A stretch of DNA of 64,000 bases from an uncultured archaeon (GCA_963817525.1 CAWFOU010000007.1:32001-96000); one strand, 5' to 3'; shown: positions 21,584 through 32,134, counted from the stretch's first letter. The notes: generated by a model from the letters alone, not told the origin. Numbers and translations are program-made.

Positions 21584-22520
21584 ATACATCCCGCTCATCC
21601 TGGCCGGAATCCTTACGTTCGTCTTCGGCTGGAACAACAGCGGAATACTCATAGGCAACGAAAGGGGCTCTGGGACACTCTCCGGAGTGGAGTCCACGAT
21701 CCTGTGCTCCATCGGCATGCTCCTCGGGGTGGCGCTCGAAGGCTCGGAAACGACCAAGAGCCTCGGGGGGATGATTACGACTCCACCGACCTACGCGATA
21801 GTGCTGGTGACCCTCGTGGTCTCGGTCGTCCTCACGTTCGGTCTCACGCTCGGACGCGTCCCCGTGACCTTTAGCGCCACGATGGTGGGCGCCTTCGCAG
21901 GGGCGCCATTGGCGTCCTCGGCGCACATCAAGGGGGACGACGTCGCGACAATAATCGCGTTCTGGGCGATAGCACCCCTCGCGACGATGGGCGCTACCAT
22001 CCTGAGCTACAGGGCAATCCAGAGGGCGATCGCGAATCTGAGCCTGGTCTCCGTCGATGCCTTCAACAGGGCAGGGGTCGGGCTGGTCTCTCTGGCGCTG
22101 GCGTTCGTGCTCGGGGCGAACAACATCGGCCTGATCTACGGAACATCCTTCACAGGGAGCCGGCCTTCCTCCGCCGACGCGGTCATGACCCTCCTTGCGC
22201 TCGCGGCGTGCGCGATCGTCGCAATGGCGCTCTTCGGGAGGAGTGGCGTCGCGAGCACCGTCGGAGACAGGTTGCTGTCGCTCTCTCCTCAGGGGGTGCT
22301 AGCCGCTTTCATCGGGACCATCCTCGTCATGTGGGTGGCGACCCAGCTTGCAATCCCCGTCTCCGTGAGCCAATGCCTCATAGGCGGGATGTTCGGGGCG
22401 GCCTTCACGAGGAAGATAGCCATCGTCAACCGGAGGCTGGCGCTGGAGGTCGTCTCCTCCTGGGTGGTGGTCCCCCTCGCCGCCTTCTTTCTGGCTTTGA
22501 TCCTCGCCCCGCTCCTTTAG
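21576..22520 (+). CDS. Inorganic phosphate transporter (PiT family)
   Basis: FGWNN / LGANNIG repeated signature, IPVSVSQCLIGGMFG, multiple TM helices. Confidence 0.85.
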   Translation: MDEYIPLILAGILTFVFGWNNSGILIGNERGSGTLSGVESTILCSIGMLLGVALEGSETTKSLGGMITTPPTYAIVLVTLVVSVVLTFGLTLGRVPVTFSATMVGAFAGAPLASSAHIKGDDVATIIAFWAIAPLATMGATILSYRAIQRAIANLSLVSVDAFNRAGVGLVSLALAFVLGANNIGLIYGTSFTGSRPSSADAVMTLLALAACAIVAMALFGRSGVASTVGDRLLSLSPQGVLAAFIGTILVMWVATQLAIPVSVSQCLIGGMFGAAFTRKIAIVNRRLALEVVSSWVVVPLAAFFLALILAPLL

Positions 22521-22635
22521 CCCGGCAGCCGAAGGAGGGACGCGGCGAGAGGGGGCAACCGATAAGTAGAGTCGAGGCGGCGAGAAGGACGAGCTTGTCA
22601 CGAGTCGCCCGCCGCGGCGAGGTCGCCCCGTAGCC

Positions 22636-23430
22636 ATGAGCCTCAGCGACAGGGCCGCTACAGCCCTAGAGTCCCTGGGCCTCACGAAGACGGAGATCCG
22701 GAGCTACGTCGCGCTGCTTGAGGGAGGGACGATGACCCCGAGCGAGGTGAGCCGCGCGGCGCGCGTGCCCTACTCCAAGGTGTACCAGGCCCTCGAGTCC
22801 CTGCACAGGAAGGGGTGGGTCGACAGGCAGCGCAGCAGGCCGGTCCTCTACACGGCCAAGCCCCCCGAGAGCGCCCTCGAGGAGCTGAGGTCCCAGCGCG
22901 AGTCCGAGACGCGCGAGATGGAGAAGGTCGCCCTTGCGGAGCTCATCAGCGTCTTCGAGAAGAAGGGGGAGCAGGAGCGGCCCGACATCTGGATCCTGAG
23001 GGGGACCACGGAGATACTCTCGCGCGTGAAGAGCACGGTCGTGAACTCGAGGAACGAGCTGCTCATAGCGCTCCCGTCGGGCATCGCCCCCTACGCTGAC
23101 CAGTTCAGCCCTCTCCTGGCGGCGGTCAAGGAGAAGGGGGTGAAGGTCTCCATACTGACCTCCCTGGGGCTATCCGAGGAGACCCTCGCTGCCCTCGCGA
23201 CCAGCGCCGAGGTGCGCACGAGGAAGATGATGTACGGCGGAGGCGTAATAGCGGACTCCAAGGACGTGGTCCTGCTCCTCGGAGGAGGGGAGAGAGGAGA
23301 GGGGGCGAGCTCTGCCCTCGCGATATGGGCGGACCACCCCGGCCTCGCGAGCTTCGCCCGTGACTACTTCGAGTTCCTCTGGAACTCGCGCGAGACCTCG
23401 AGGGAGAAGGCTCCGGCCCGCGCTAGCTGA
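22636..23430 (+). CDS. TrmB family transcriptional regulator
   Basis: LGLT..E...YVALL, VPYSKVYQALESL..KGWV, RPVLYTAKPP; C-terminal effector domain. Confidence 0.9.
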   Translation: MSLSDRAATALESLGLTKTEIRSYVALLEGGTMTPSEVSRAARVPYSKVYQALESLHRKGWVDRQRSRPVLYTAKPPESALEELRSQRESETREMEKVALAELISVFEKKGEQERPDIWILRGTTEILSRVKSTVVNSRNELLIALPSGIAPYADQFSPLLAAVKEKGVKVSILTSLGLSEETLAALATSAEVRTRKMMYGGGVIADSKDVVLLLGGGERGEGASSALAIWADHPGLASFARDYFEFLWNSRETSREKAPARAS

Positions 23431-24293
23431 GGCGTCCTCCCTGAAGGAGGATAATCAGCATCGTGGCGTAGAGGACCACCAAGCTCACCACGAGGGTCTT
23501 CTCGACCCGGAGGCCCGAGGCCACGCTCATCCCGGCCCCCACCACGCCGGCGCCCCAGGCCTGGAAGAAGGCGAACATCACGGTCACCGCGGCGCTGTCC
23601 GCGAAGATCGAGGACGAGAACCCAGGCCCCTCGGAGAGCAGGTGGAGCGCCGCGCCGAAGAGGCAGAGCGGGAGGAAGGACAGGGCAGTCGACGCAAGAA
23701 GGGTGGGAACGTCCGCGCGCTCCTTGAAGGCGACGGCGAGGGCGACGTAGGCCGCCAGCGGCGAGCGCGCCGAGGCTGCCTGCGTATGTGGCGAGCGACA
23801 GCAGCACCCCTGAAGAAGGTGAGAACGAGAAGAGGACGAGCTCGTCGCGGGACACGAGGAGGAGGCCGAGCGCAATGGCCGAGATGCCCAGGAGGCTCGC
23901 GAGTGCCTTCGAGGGCGTCGAGGTGAGAGGGACAATGAGCGCCCTCGGGACGAAGACCTCGCTTACCGAGCCCCACAGGGTCTTCTTCTTCATCGCCTTC
24001 TCGATCCCCTGCATCGACTGCGCGGGCGTCTTCCCCTCGTCGTTGAGCTCCGCGAAGATCTCCCGCCCCAGGCGGGTGAGGGCGTACCTGCGCTCGGGGT
24101 CCCTGGTGACTATGTTCTCGAGGGTGTCGAGATGGTGGTAGAGGGAGCCGGTCTTGACCCCCACCTCCGTCGAGAGCTCCTTCCAGGTCATGGGCCTCAC
24201 GGCGAGGAGCTCGATTATCCTCATGCGCACGGGGTGGTTGATTATCCGCATCACCTTGGCCGGGTCCAGCCCCCCTTCGCTCAATTGTTGCAA
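23423..24293 (-). CDS. ArsR-type HTH fused to a multi-pass membrane domain (frameshift ~23775)
   Basis: HPVRMRIIELL...GSLYHHLDTL...YALT; TM helices continue in ORF 23423-23935. Confidence 0.75.
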
Positions 24294-24351
24294 CTTGCAC
24301 TCACCATTCTAAAAGAATGACGGAGCCTGAATCCGCTCTCCGAGGGGCCCG

Positions 24352-24636
24352 CTACAGCAGCAGCCCGTAGGACTCGGCGAAGGCCTCGAACTGGTGGTAG
24401 TGCGCAAGGTACTCCGAGCCCTTCGCGCTGACGACGTACTTCACGCCCTTCTCCTCCTTCTTCTCGATAAGCATCCCCGCCGAGAGCAGCTGGGAGAGGA
24501 GCTGCTCCAGCCCTCGGTAGGAGAGGTTCGAGCGCCTCATGAGGACGGATGGGCTCACGCCTCCCTCGCCGCTTGAGTTCAGCGCGACGGAGAGGACGTC
24601 CGAGATGATGCGAAGCCTGTTTCGATATTGTTGCAT
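24352..24636 (-). CDS. Archaeal winged-helix DNA-binding protein (HTH_45-like)
   Basis: YRNRLRIISDVL...LMRRSNLSY...L..L...Y.VS.KG.EYL. Confidence 0.85.
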   Translation of the reverse strand: MQQYRNRLRIISDVLSVALNSSGEGGVSPSVLMRRSNLSYRGLEQLLSQLLSAGMLIEKKEEKGVKYVVSAKGSEYLAHYHQFEAFAESYGLLL

Positions 24637-24671
24637 TCCCGATTCACCAATCTATTGTTTCAGACCTCAAA

Positions 24672-26690
24672 TCAAAGCAAAACCGAGAGGTACCTCTTCC
24701 TGGCGGCGTAAGTCGCGAGGATCGCTAGAGTGACGACCACGACCGAGCCCGCGAGAACCGGGGCGTCGAGCTCGAGCGAGCTCTCTATGCTGTGGACGAT
24801 CACCCCGGCCACCTGGATGATGTGCACAGAGAAGTGGGGGATCGAGACGAGCAGTTGGATGGAGTCGGATGTCGCCACCAGGACGTATAGCGGCGGATTG
24901 GTCGACACCGGGTTGAGCACCTGCACCGCCGAGGAGGCCTCCGCGACCGGCGACCCGTCGAGCGTCACGTTAAGCGCGGGATAGAGCGCCAGCGGGGAGG
25001 TCTTGCTCATGTTGATGAGGAGGACGCGCGGGCCCGTGACGTTCTCACCGGAGATCCCGATCACCAGCCCGTTCCCGACCTGCTGCCCTACCGAGAGGGA
25101 GAACCTCGAGTCGAGCACGTTGGTCGTCGTGGAGAGGGGAGTGACCTGGACGGTGGCGGGGATTGTCAGGTTCTCGACCGCGTCCTGGATCTGCGCCTGG
25201 ACCTTGCTCCCCGCGCTTATCGTGGTAACGGCCGTGGTGGGGGTGCTAGTCGCGACCGAGGAGCTGGTCGCGCTCTGCGACCCGTTCGAGGCGGTGTCAG
25301 AGGCCGGCGACGAGAACACGGCGCTTGGCGGGACCAAGACCGCTAGCTGAGTGCCAGGGTCGCTGACTAGCACAAGCACCGGGGCTGCGGTCTTGAAGGC
25401 GGCCGCGTCAGAGACGTCGTAGACGGAGACCCCTAAGAGATAGCCCCCCGGGCTCTCCTGGATGCTCGAGTGCAATACTGCCTGGCCCAGCCTGTTGGTG
25501 GTCATCGTCCCCAGGTCGACGCGTGTCCCGTTGAGGACCAGCGCGGCGTCGTAGGTCGTCGACGGGTTGGCGTCCTGGAAGCCCACGACCGCGTCCAGCT
25601 GGGAGGACCGCGGGTTGAGCGAGACCACGGCTGTCCCAGTGGTGGGGAATCGGTAGCCTTCAGGGGCGCTCGCGTTCGTCGCCGGGACGAGGCTGAAAGA
25701 CCACACGAGCCCGCGGGAGGCAGGGGGAGGCACCGGGGTGGGGCTCCCCTGACCCGTGCTAACGGTGAAGCTCGAAGGGATGCTCGATAGCACTGGAGTG
25801 GGAACCGGGAAGGTCGATTGGTCTACCACGGACAAGCTAAGCACGAAAGTTCCCTGCCCTAGCTGGGCGCCCGCGGTTATGTTCCCGTTGCCCTCTGCGC
25901 TCGAGGTGTACTGCCCGATCGTCTTCTCGCTCCCGTTGAACGAGAGGACCAAGGCGAACTCGGTGGAGGGGTTCTGCCCAGAGAAACTCAGGCTAAAGCG
26001 GACGCCTCCACCCACGAGGGCGTATCCCCCGCCACCTGCCCCATAGGCGTAGGAGGGCGGGGCGTTGGGGACGCCGATGGGCGCGAAGGTCAGGGCGTCG
26101 ACCGCCTGCGGGGGCTGCGACGCGGTCGAGCTGCTCGAGGTGGTGGTCGAGGCCTGACCTGTGGTCGGCAGTGTGACCTCGATGGCCCTAGGGACGCTTA
26201 TGCCCACCGGAGACACCTGCTGCCCCGCGACGAATACAAGTAGCCCTACCTCATAGGTCCCAGGTTGCAGGGTGAGGTTCCCCTCGAAAACGCCCGCGCC
26301 CCTCGGGCCGGTGACCAGGCTCCCAACCGTGAAGTTCTCTTGCGCGGTCTGGACGACCGTGGTGAAGGCTGTCTCGGGGGCCCCGACGAAACTGGTCTTC
26401 ACTTGGAGCTGGTCGCCCGACGCCACGACCAGCGCCCCCCCTTGACCAAATGAGTAGTTCGCCGGGACCTGCTGGTGGAGGTACGCCGGCGTCGGGAGGA
26501 GCGCGTAACTAAGTCCGTTCCCAGGCGGCGGGGCGCCTAGGGGGCCTCCAGTTCCGCTCGAAGGCTGGCTGGACGCCGCGGAAGCGGGCACGGCGTAAGC
26601 CACGAACCCAAGGACCAGGAGGACTAAGGTTGCAAGAATCGCAATGACGTTGGGCCCTCGGCTTTCTCGATGCATGCCTATACGCGACAT
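24672..26690 (-). CDS. Large cell-surface protein with three internal beta-sandwich repeats and C-terminal TM anchor
   Basis: Signal peptide; repeats of 'F....P.T.F/Y...L......G...T...G.G......PG.Y.LGL.V'; IPHFSVH motif then TM plus basic tail. Confidence 0.7.
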   Translation of the reverse strand: MSRIGMHRESRGPNVIAILATLVLLVLGFVAYAVPASAASSQPSSGTGGPLGAPPPGNGLSYALLPTPAYLHQQVPANYSFGQGGALVVASGDQLQVKTSFVGAPETAFTTVVQTAQENFTVGSLVTGPRGAGVFEGNLTLQPGTYEVGLLVFVAGQQVSPVGISVPRAIEVTLPTTGQASTTTSSSSTASQPPQAVDALTFAPIGVPNAPPSYAYGAGGGGYALVGGGVRFSLSFSGQNPSTEFALVLSFNGSEKTIGQYTSSAEGNGNITAGAQLGQGTFVLSLSVVDQSTFPVPTPVLSSIPSSFTVSTGQGSPTPVPPPASRGLVWSFSLVPATNASAPEGYRFPTTGTAVVSLNPRSSQLDAVVGFQDANPSTTYDAALVLNGTRVDLGTMTTNRLGQAVLHSSIQESPGGYLLGVSVYDVSDAAAFKTAAPVLVLVSDPGTQLAVLVPPSAVFSSPASDTASNGSQSATSSSVATSTPTTAVTTISAGSKVQAQIQDAVENLTIPATVQVTPLSTTTNVLDSRFSLSVGQQVGNGLVIGISGENVTGPRVLLINMSKTSPLALYPALNVTLDGSPVAEASSAVQVLNPVSTNPPLYVLVATSDSIQLLVSIPHFSVHIIQVAGVIVHSIESSLELDAPVLAGSVVVVTLAILATYAARKRYLSVLL

Positions 26691-26827
26691 ATCCGGGCGG
26701 TGGCCGCTATAACGGATGAGTTCCAGGAAGTGATTTCTTGAAATAATCTCATTGTTCTACAGGATATGCTGAGAGAAATCACCGAGTTTATCGCAGGCCT
26801 TTTAATCGGAGACCCGTCGGTCGGACC

Positions 26828-27208
26828 GTGCCCAGAGACACGGCGTCCTTGGTCAGGGACATCCACGAGGCCCTCGAGATCCCCACTGAGGAGGCGGAGC
26901 TCTACGTCAAGGCCCTGACGGAGGGAGGCCTCACGCCGAAGGACGCGCGGACCAAGGACGCGGCGGAGTCCCTCTCCGCGAGGGGCATGCTGATAGTGGA
27001 CGCGAAGGGAGAGGCCTACCTGGCGGTCCACCCGCGGATGGCGCTCTCGAACCTCTTCAGGGCCTACGAAGAGAGGGCGGTGCGGCAGAGGAAGGAGAAG
27101 AGACTGCTCGTCGACAAGCTCACCCTCGAGCTCATCCCCCTCCTCCCGGGCGAAACGAAGGGCACAAATGCAAGTGGTCCGAGGGGAGCACGAACGGCCA
27201 CAGGTTGA
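26828..27208 (+). CDS. TrmB-like winged-helix protein (N-terminal domain only)
   Basis: L.IP.EEAELYVKAL.EG...L..RGML...Y.AVHPRMALSNL. Confidence 0.6.
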   Translation: MPRDTASLVRDIHEALEIPTEEAELYVKALTEGGLTPKDARTKDAAESLSARGMLIVDAKGEAYLAVHPRMALSNLFRAYEERAVRQRKEKRLLVDKLTLELIPLLPGETKGTNASGPRGARTATG

Positions 27209-27662
27209 TTGTGATTTGAGCGGCAACAGCAAGGGCGGACCGGCACACGAGCACGAGATAGTCCTCGCCGGCATGGTGAACGTCAACAGGGACAACTACC
27301 TCCAAGGGGTTGTCGACGTCTGGGTATGCAGGGGGTGCAAGAGGCTCTTCTGCGACGACAAGCGCTACGGCGAGCCCCTGAAGCCCAGCGTCGGGTTCGA
27401 GGAGGTGCCCGACGACGAGCAGTGGGGCATACTCACCTGCACCGACATCAAGGGGGTCTACATGATGAGCCTCGGGGTCAAGCCCGGGAAGGTCCTGAAG
27501 CACACCTGCCCCAGGGACGCAAGCCAGCACGAGTTCGTCGTGAGGGACGACTGGACGATCGCTCCCGACGACGGCGAGACGGTCCACCGCCTCTTCCTCG
27601 TGAAGGACCACATCAACAAGGTGATCGAGGCTGGCTTCTACAAGCTGCGGATGCTGAAATGA
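27168..27662 (+). CDS. Hypothetical protein with Cys/His metal-binding motifs
   Basis: CRGCKRLFC and HTC...H; host-like codon usage; start may be TTG ~27216. Confidence 0.6.
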   Translation: MQVVRGEHERPQVDCDLSGNSKGGPAHEHEIVLAGMVNVNRDNYLQGVVDVWVCRGCKRLFCDDKRYGEPLKPSVGFEEVPDDEQWGILTCTDIKGVYMMSLGVKPGKVLKHTCPRDASQHEFVVRDDWTIAPDDGETVHRLFLVKDHINKVIEAGFYKLRMLK

Positions 27663-28093
27663 ATTTTACCCCGATTCGCCTCGCGGGGTCAGTACTGAGC
27701 CTGGCCAGCGGGTCGTGGGCCGCATTCGTTGCCTACTACGGGGCCAACACGGTCTCCTGCGCTCCCTTCTCGACGTGCATCCTCGAGCAGGGCGGCTCGG
27801 GACCTCTCTCTGCGTCCGAGCTCCAGGCCGGGCTCTTCATCGTGGGGGCTTTCCTCGTGCTCGACGCGCTGGTCTCCTTCGCCGGGGTGAGGGCGAGCTT
27901 CCTCCTCGGCGCGGCGCTCTCGGCGGTGGTGCTGGTCGTGGTCGGCCTCCAGTGGGGGACCTACTCATCCGCCGATTCCTCGGTTGCTGTCGTCTTCTCC
28001 ATACTCGCCCTCGTGGCTGACGCTGTGGCCTCGAGGCCAGCGAGGGGGATGTCCGAGCAGACCAACCCGATGAACCTGCCCGTTTTCGGGTGA
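27659..28093 (+). CDS. Small multi-pass membrane protein
   Basis: ATG overlaps the previous stop; four hydrophobic segments; C-terminus HP/NPMNLPVFG-like. Confidence 0.65.
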   Translation: MNFTPIRLAGSVLSLASGSWAAFVAYYGANTVSCAPFSTCILEQGGSGPLSASELQAGLFIVGAFLVLDALVSFAGVRASFLLGAALSAVVLVVVGLQWGTYSSADSSVAVVFSILALVADAVASRPARGMSEQTNPMNLPVFG

Positions 28094-29330
28094 GCTACCC
28101 TTGACCGAAGTCACGGGCTTCTTGCTTCACAGGAGCGAACTTGCTTATCCGCCTGCGTTGGACAAGTAGAGGCCTCTCCTCGGCATGGACCTGCTCCAGG
28201 CCCACCTTCAGGATGTTACGAGCGGCGTTGACGTCGCGGTCAATGGTCAACCCGCATCGTGGACAGGCAGTGGGTCCGCACGGACAGCTCCTTCTGGACC
28301 ACCTCTTCGCATTCCGAGCATTTCTGCGACGTACCTCTAGGGTCGACATAGACGAGTCGTCCGCCACGCCTTTCCGCCTTGTAGGCGGTCAGTAGGCGCA
28401 GCTGCCCCCATGAGGCGTCCATTATTGCCGAAGCGAGATTGCTGTTCCTCACCATGTTCCCGACCCTCAAGTCCTCGAGGACTATCGTGTTGTTTTCCTT
28501 TGTGAGTTTGTCTGAGAGTTTGTGTGCGAAGTCTCTCCTCTGTCGTCGCAATTTTCTTTGAACCTTTGCGAGGGCTATCCGGGCCTTTTCCCTGTTCTTC
28601 GATCCTCGCTTTTTGCGAGACAATTTTCTTTGTAGCGTCAGGATACGGGCTGCCGATCGCTTCATGAGGCCAGGAGATTCTATTGTCGTCCCGTCGCTCA
28701 GGGCCACGACGTTCGTGACTCCGAGGTCGACGCCTATCTGAGCTTTCTTTGCTTCGATAGAATCGGCTTCCCCATCCGTGAGGATTGCGACGAACCACTG
28801 GTCAATATCCCTAATCACCGTGACTCTCTTGATTACGCCAATCACGATGCGATGGACATTCACTTTCACACTCCCAATTTTACTCAGTTGGATGTGACTA
28901 CCCTCCATCTTGAAGCCCGTCTGCGGATACGTGAACGAGTTGTATCTGGCTTTTCTCTTGAAGCGCGGGTGCCTTGCCAGGCCAACAAAGAATCCATTGA
29001 AGGCCTTGTCTAGCCTCAGCGAGACGTCCTGAAGTACCTGAGAATGGACGGCCTTGAGATACTTGCTTTCTTTCCCGACCTGAGTGAGCGTCTTATTCTG
29101 CTCATAGTAACCTACCCCATTCTCGATCCGGTCAGCGAGCATCGCGTTGTAGAGCCGTCTGCAGGTCTCGAGAGTGTCAGTCAAGACTCTCTCCTGCGCT
29201 TTGGTCGGATAAAATCTGAATTTGTATGTAATCAAAGACCTCCTGCTCGGCCATGTAATTCGTAATTGTATTTGAGGAGCCATGTCGTTGCGTTTGATAT
29301 GGAGCGAGTCAGTATCCACACGCCCGATCT
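28090..29330 (-). mobile_element. IS200/IS605-family non-autonomous element (tnpB only)
   Basis: Right end GAAGCCCGTGACTTCGGTCAAGGGTAGCTCAC ending in TCAC at 28090; lower GC; left end approximate. Confidence 0.7.
28095..29235 (-). CDS. tnpB: RNA-guided endonuclease TnpB (frameshift ~28270 in the Zn ribbon)
   Basis: YKFRFYPT HTH, IGVDLG, IVLEDL, TSQKCSEC, CPRCGLTIDRDVNAARNI; RuvC D-E-D residues present. Confidence 0.9.
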
Positions 29331-29388
29331 TTCCCTTCTGTCGACCCGCCAGACGCCGAAGCTCAGGGGACTTCCCTAAGCGCTTCGG

Positions 29389-29952
29389 CTAGATCCTGAA
29401 GGGTGCCAGCTTCCCCGCGGCGAGGGACCGCTCTACTTGCTTGCGGAGGCCGGGCACGTCTATGCCGTGGTATCTCCTCTCTGGCCAGGCTATCTGAGGC
29501 AGCGCTCGCCTGTATATCCCGAGCGCGACGTCGGGCTCGCCCCTCTGCTCGTGGACGAGAGCGGCGCAGACCAGGATGATCCCCTGGACGAGCCTCTTCT
29601 CCTCCCCCTTGGCCGGCCGCCAGACGGACTCCAGCGTCTCGTGGCACTCCCAGTACCGCTCGGCGTTGAAGTAGCTCACCGCCTCCGCCAGCACGTCCTC
29701 CTTCGGCTTGAAGGGAGGCACCTCGTCAAGGTTCTTGGTGAACTCCACTTTGGCCAGAGGCTCGAGGGTGGCGACGAAGAGCTCAAAGTCCGGTACGGAT
29801 GGAGTGAAGACGTCCACCTCTAGGGCGCCATACGACGTCCACCTGGGATGCTTGACCGCGAGGCCCAGGCTCCCCCCTATCGCCTTCATGGCGGCGAGGA
29901 GGGCGGGCCTTTCGCCCTCGTCGGGGAACAACCGGATGAGCGAGCGGGTCAA
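29389..29952 (-). CDS. DUF309 domain protein
   Basis: FNAERYWECHETLESVW...LVQGIILVCAALVH. Confidence 0.85.
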   Translation of the reverse strand: MTRSLIRLFPDEGERPALLAAMKAIGGSLGLAVKHPRWTSYGALEVDVFTPSVPDFELFVATLEPLAKVEFTKNLDEVPPFKPKEDVLAEAVSYFNAERYWECHETLESVWRPAKGEEKRLVQGIILVCAALVHEQRGEPDVALGIYRRALPQIAWPERRYHGIDVPGLRKQVERSLAAGKLAPFRI

Positions 29953-30085
29953 GTCCTAGGCGGCCGGGGGCCCTGCGAAGATAGGTTTTTGGCTTCGCGG
30001 GCGCACGGCGACTACGCGTGGGTGATGACCGCATTAGCCTATTTGAATCGATGAAAATGATCTTGAGTTGGGAACCCGCGCTCTA

Positions 30086-30256
30086 TCAGTCGTGGACGTG
30101 CTGTATCAGCTTGTAGCCCTCCTCGCTGCACGCCGAGGACTGGTGCAGGCAACCCGGGCACTCGTACTCGCGATGGATGTGGTCGGGACCGACGACCCGC
30201 TCTTCGACGAACTTCAGCCCCGCCCCGCAACGTTCGCAGCGGATGCCCTCGCTCAC
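30086..30256 (-). CDS. 56-aa zinc-ribbon protein
   Basis: Hand translation MSEGIRCERCGAGL...YECPGCLHQ...; not in the ORF track. Confidence 0.55.
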   Translation of the reverse strand: MSEGIRCERCGAGLKFVEERVVGPDHIHREYECPGCLHQSSACSEEGYKLIQHVHD

Positions 30257-30329
30257 GGCCTGCTCGACCCCGTCTCCACGATGCGCCGCACGCGCATCCG
30301 CGGGCTACCCTATTATTCGGTTCTGTTGC

Positions 30330-30467
30330 GTCTCCAAGACTATTCTTGGGCTTCTCCTTCAAAGCGATTCTCATGACGTGGTTGCACATGAGGCGGAACT
30401 CCTCAAAGAGGAGCGATAATTCCTCCGGGGCTTCATATTTGAAGAGGAGCGTCTCGAGCGATTGCAC
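30330..30467 (-). pseudogene. 5' fragment of an IS200/IS605 TnpB-related accessory gene
   Basis: MQSLETLLFKYEAPEEL..LFEEFRLMCNHVMRIALKEK resembles archaeal TnpB-related N-termini, then similarity breaks off. Confidence 0.45.
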
Positions 30468-30578
30468 ATCCTAAAGAGTGGCTTGACAATTTAAGCGCCC
30501 ACCCCCAAAGACGAACCGGAGTCTATATTCAAATATGGCCGATTCCTGGTCGACGGGGCCCCGGGGAGGGCAGTCATC

Positions 30579-31160
30579 ATGGTGGAAATAGATGTCACGT
30601 GCCATCTTGAAGCGTTCAGGAGGTTCCTTGTCAACAGCACCTGCAGGAGCTTCATCCCTGAATCCTATCTCAGGGACCCTGAGGTCTTCCCCGAGAAGGA
30701 GTCCGAGCCGGGCTCGATATACATCGAGGCGGCGGACAAGGTCACCCTGAAGAAGATACGCGACATCACGTTCGTGAACGCGAACGAGGTCTTAGGGATA
30801 ATCTACAAGTCGAAGAGCGGGCACAGCACGCTAAAGTGGCGCCACATCGAGCACGAGACGGGCAGGGTCACCGGGGACGCTTCCAACAACAGCCTGGTCA
30901 ACCTCTCGATGGCGAGGGTGATCTCTCCGGAATACGTAGAGGAGCTAGCGAGGAGTGAGCTGGAGGAGGAGCCTCACGAGACTCCGCCGCCTCCGATCGA
31001 TGCACCTCTAGAGGCCGGGTCCCCGCCGCACGAGCGGCCGCCGATAGGGGGCGAGCCGGGCTTCCCTCCCGACGAAGAGGAGGACGACCTGGAAGCAGCC
31101 GATGCCGACGCGGAGGAGCAAGAGGACGTGGAAGAGCAAGAAAGGGAAGAGACGGCCTAG
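30579..31160 (+). CDS. Conserved hypothetical protein with acidic C-terminal tail
   Basis: Globular N-terminal ~125 aa, low-complexity Pro/Glu tail; host-like codon usage. Confidence 0.7.
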   Translation: MVEIDVTCHLEAFRRFLVNSTCRSFIPESYLRDPEVFPEKESEPGSIYIEAADKVTLKKIRDITFVNANEVLGIIYKSKSGHSTLKWRHIEHETGRVTGDASNNSLVNLSMARVISPEYVEELARSELEEEPHETPPPPIDAPLEAGSPPHERPPIGGEPGFPPDEEEDDLEAADADAEEQEDVEEQEREETA

Positions 31161-31214
31161 GACCAGGGCTGCAGCAGATATCAATATAACTCTCCGGAAA
31201 AAAAGCGGTTGGTC

Positions 31215-31556
31215 ATGGTCCAAGTAAAGGTCCACCGCATAAGCAGCGTGACCGACCCCTACACAGGCCTCCCCGCGAAGCAGATAGAGCTCGTCGAGGT
31301 CAGGCAGAGGACCACGGGGCCGGGGCAGGTGTACGGGATGGGGGCGGAGGAGAACAGGATGGTCCAGAGCATGGTCTCGCAGCTCCAGGGCATGGGGCTG
31401 ATGCCCCAGGTGAGGGAGATGTCGTTTCCAAAGATAACGATGGTCCTGACCGAGAGCGAGTACGACATGTTCGGGATAAGGCTCGACGTGAACGAGGTAT
31501 ACGAGTTGGACATCAGGGGCGGGTCGATAGGCCTCAAGCCCGCGACGGGCGTCTAG
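31215..31556 (+). CDS. rcd-1: Arcadin-1-like protein
   Basis: Size and motif pattern (DP.TG...KQIELVE; PKITMVLTESEYDMFG.RLDVNEVYELDIRGGSI) match remembered Pyrobaculum arcadin-1. Confidence 0.7.
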   Translation: MVQVKVHRISSVTDPYTGLPAKQIELVEVRQRTTGPGQVYGMGAEENRMVQSMVSQLQGMGLMPQVREMSFPKITMVLTESEYDMFGIRLDVNEVYELDIRGGSIGLKPATGV

Positions 31557-31574
31557 CGCAGAGGGAGACCGAGC

Positions 31575-32069
31575 ATGGCGGGAGTCAAGGTTGGGGACCC
31601 GGCACCCGAGTTCGCGCTGAAGGCCCAGGACGGTGAGGTCGTCAGGCTGAGCGACCTGATCAGCCGCGGCCCGGCGGTCGTATACTTTTACCCGAAGGAC
31701 AATACTGCGGGCTGCACCGCGGAGGCTGGCGCGTTTCGCGAGAGCTATCCGAAGTTCGGCGAGCTCGGGGCCGAGGTGGTCGGGATAAGCTCTGACTCTG
31801 TCGACTCCCACAAGGGGTTCGCCGAGGACTGCCGCCTCCCCTTCAAGATCCTCAGCGACGTCAGGGGGGAGGTAAGGAAGGCGTACGGAGTGCAGTCGTC
31901 CATGGGGTTCCTTCCGGGCAGGGTGACGTACGTCATCGACAAGGGAGGGATGGTGAGGTTCATCTTCTCGTCGCAGCTCCACGCGACGCGCCACGCGCAG
32001 GAGGCACTCGAGTCGCTGAGGAAGATCGGGGAGGCAACGCAGGTCGGGCAGACGAATCGCGAAACATAA
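31575..32069 (+). CDS. bcp: Peroxiredoxin Q / bacterioferritin comigratory protein
   Basis: VYFYPKDNTAGCTAEA, GISSDSVDSH, GRVTYVID. Confidence 0.92.
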   Translation: MAGVKVGDPAPEFALKAQDGEVVRLSDLISRGPAVVYFYPKDNTAGCTAEAGAFRESYPKFGELGAEVVGISSDSVDSHKGFAEDCRLPFKILSDVRGEVRKAYGVQSSMGFLPGRVTYVIDKGGMVRFIFSSQLHATRHAQEALESLRKIGEATQVGQTNRET

Positions 32070-32134
32070 CTCCCGGAATCTGTCCGTGTTGGCCCTAAAT
32101 CGCCCAGAATATTCCTAGATTGGTGAAAAATAGG

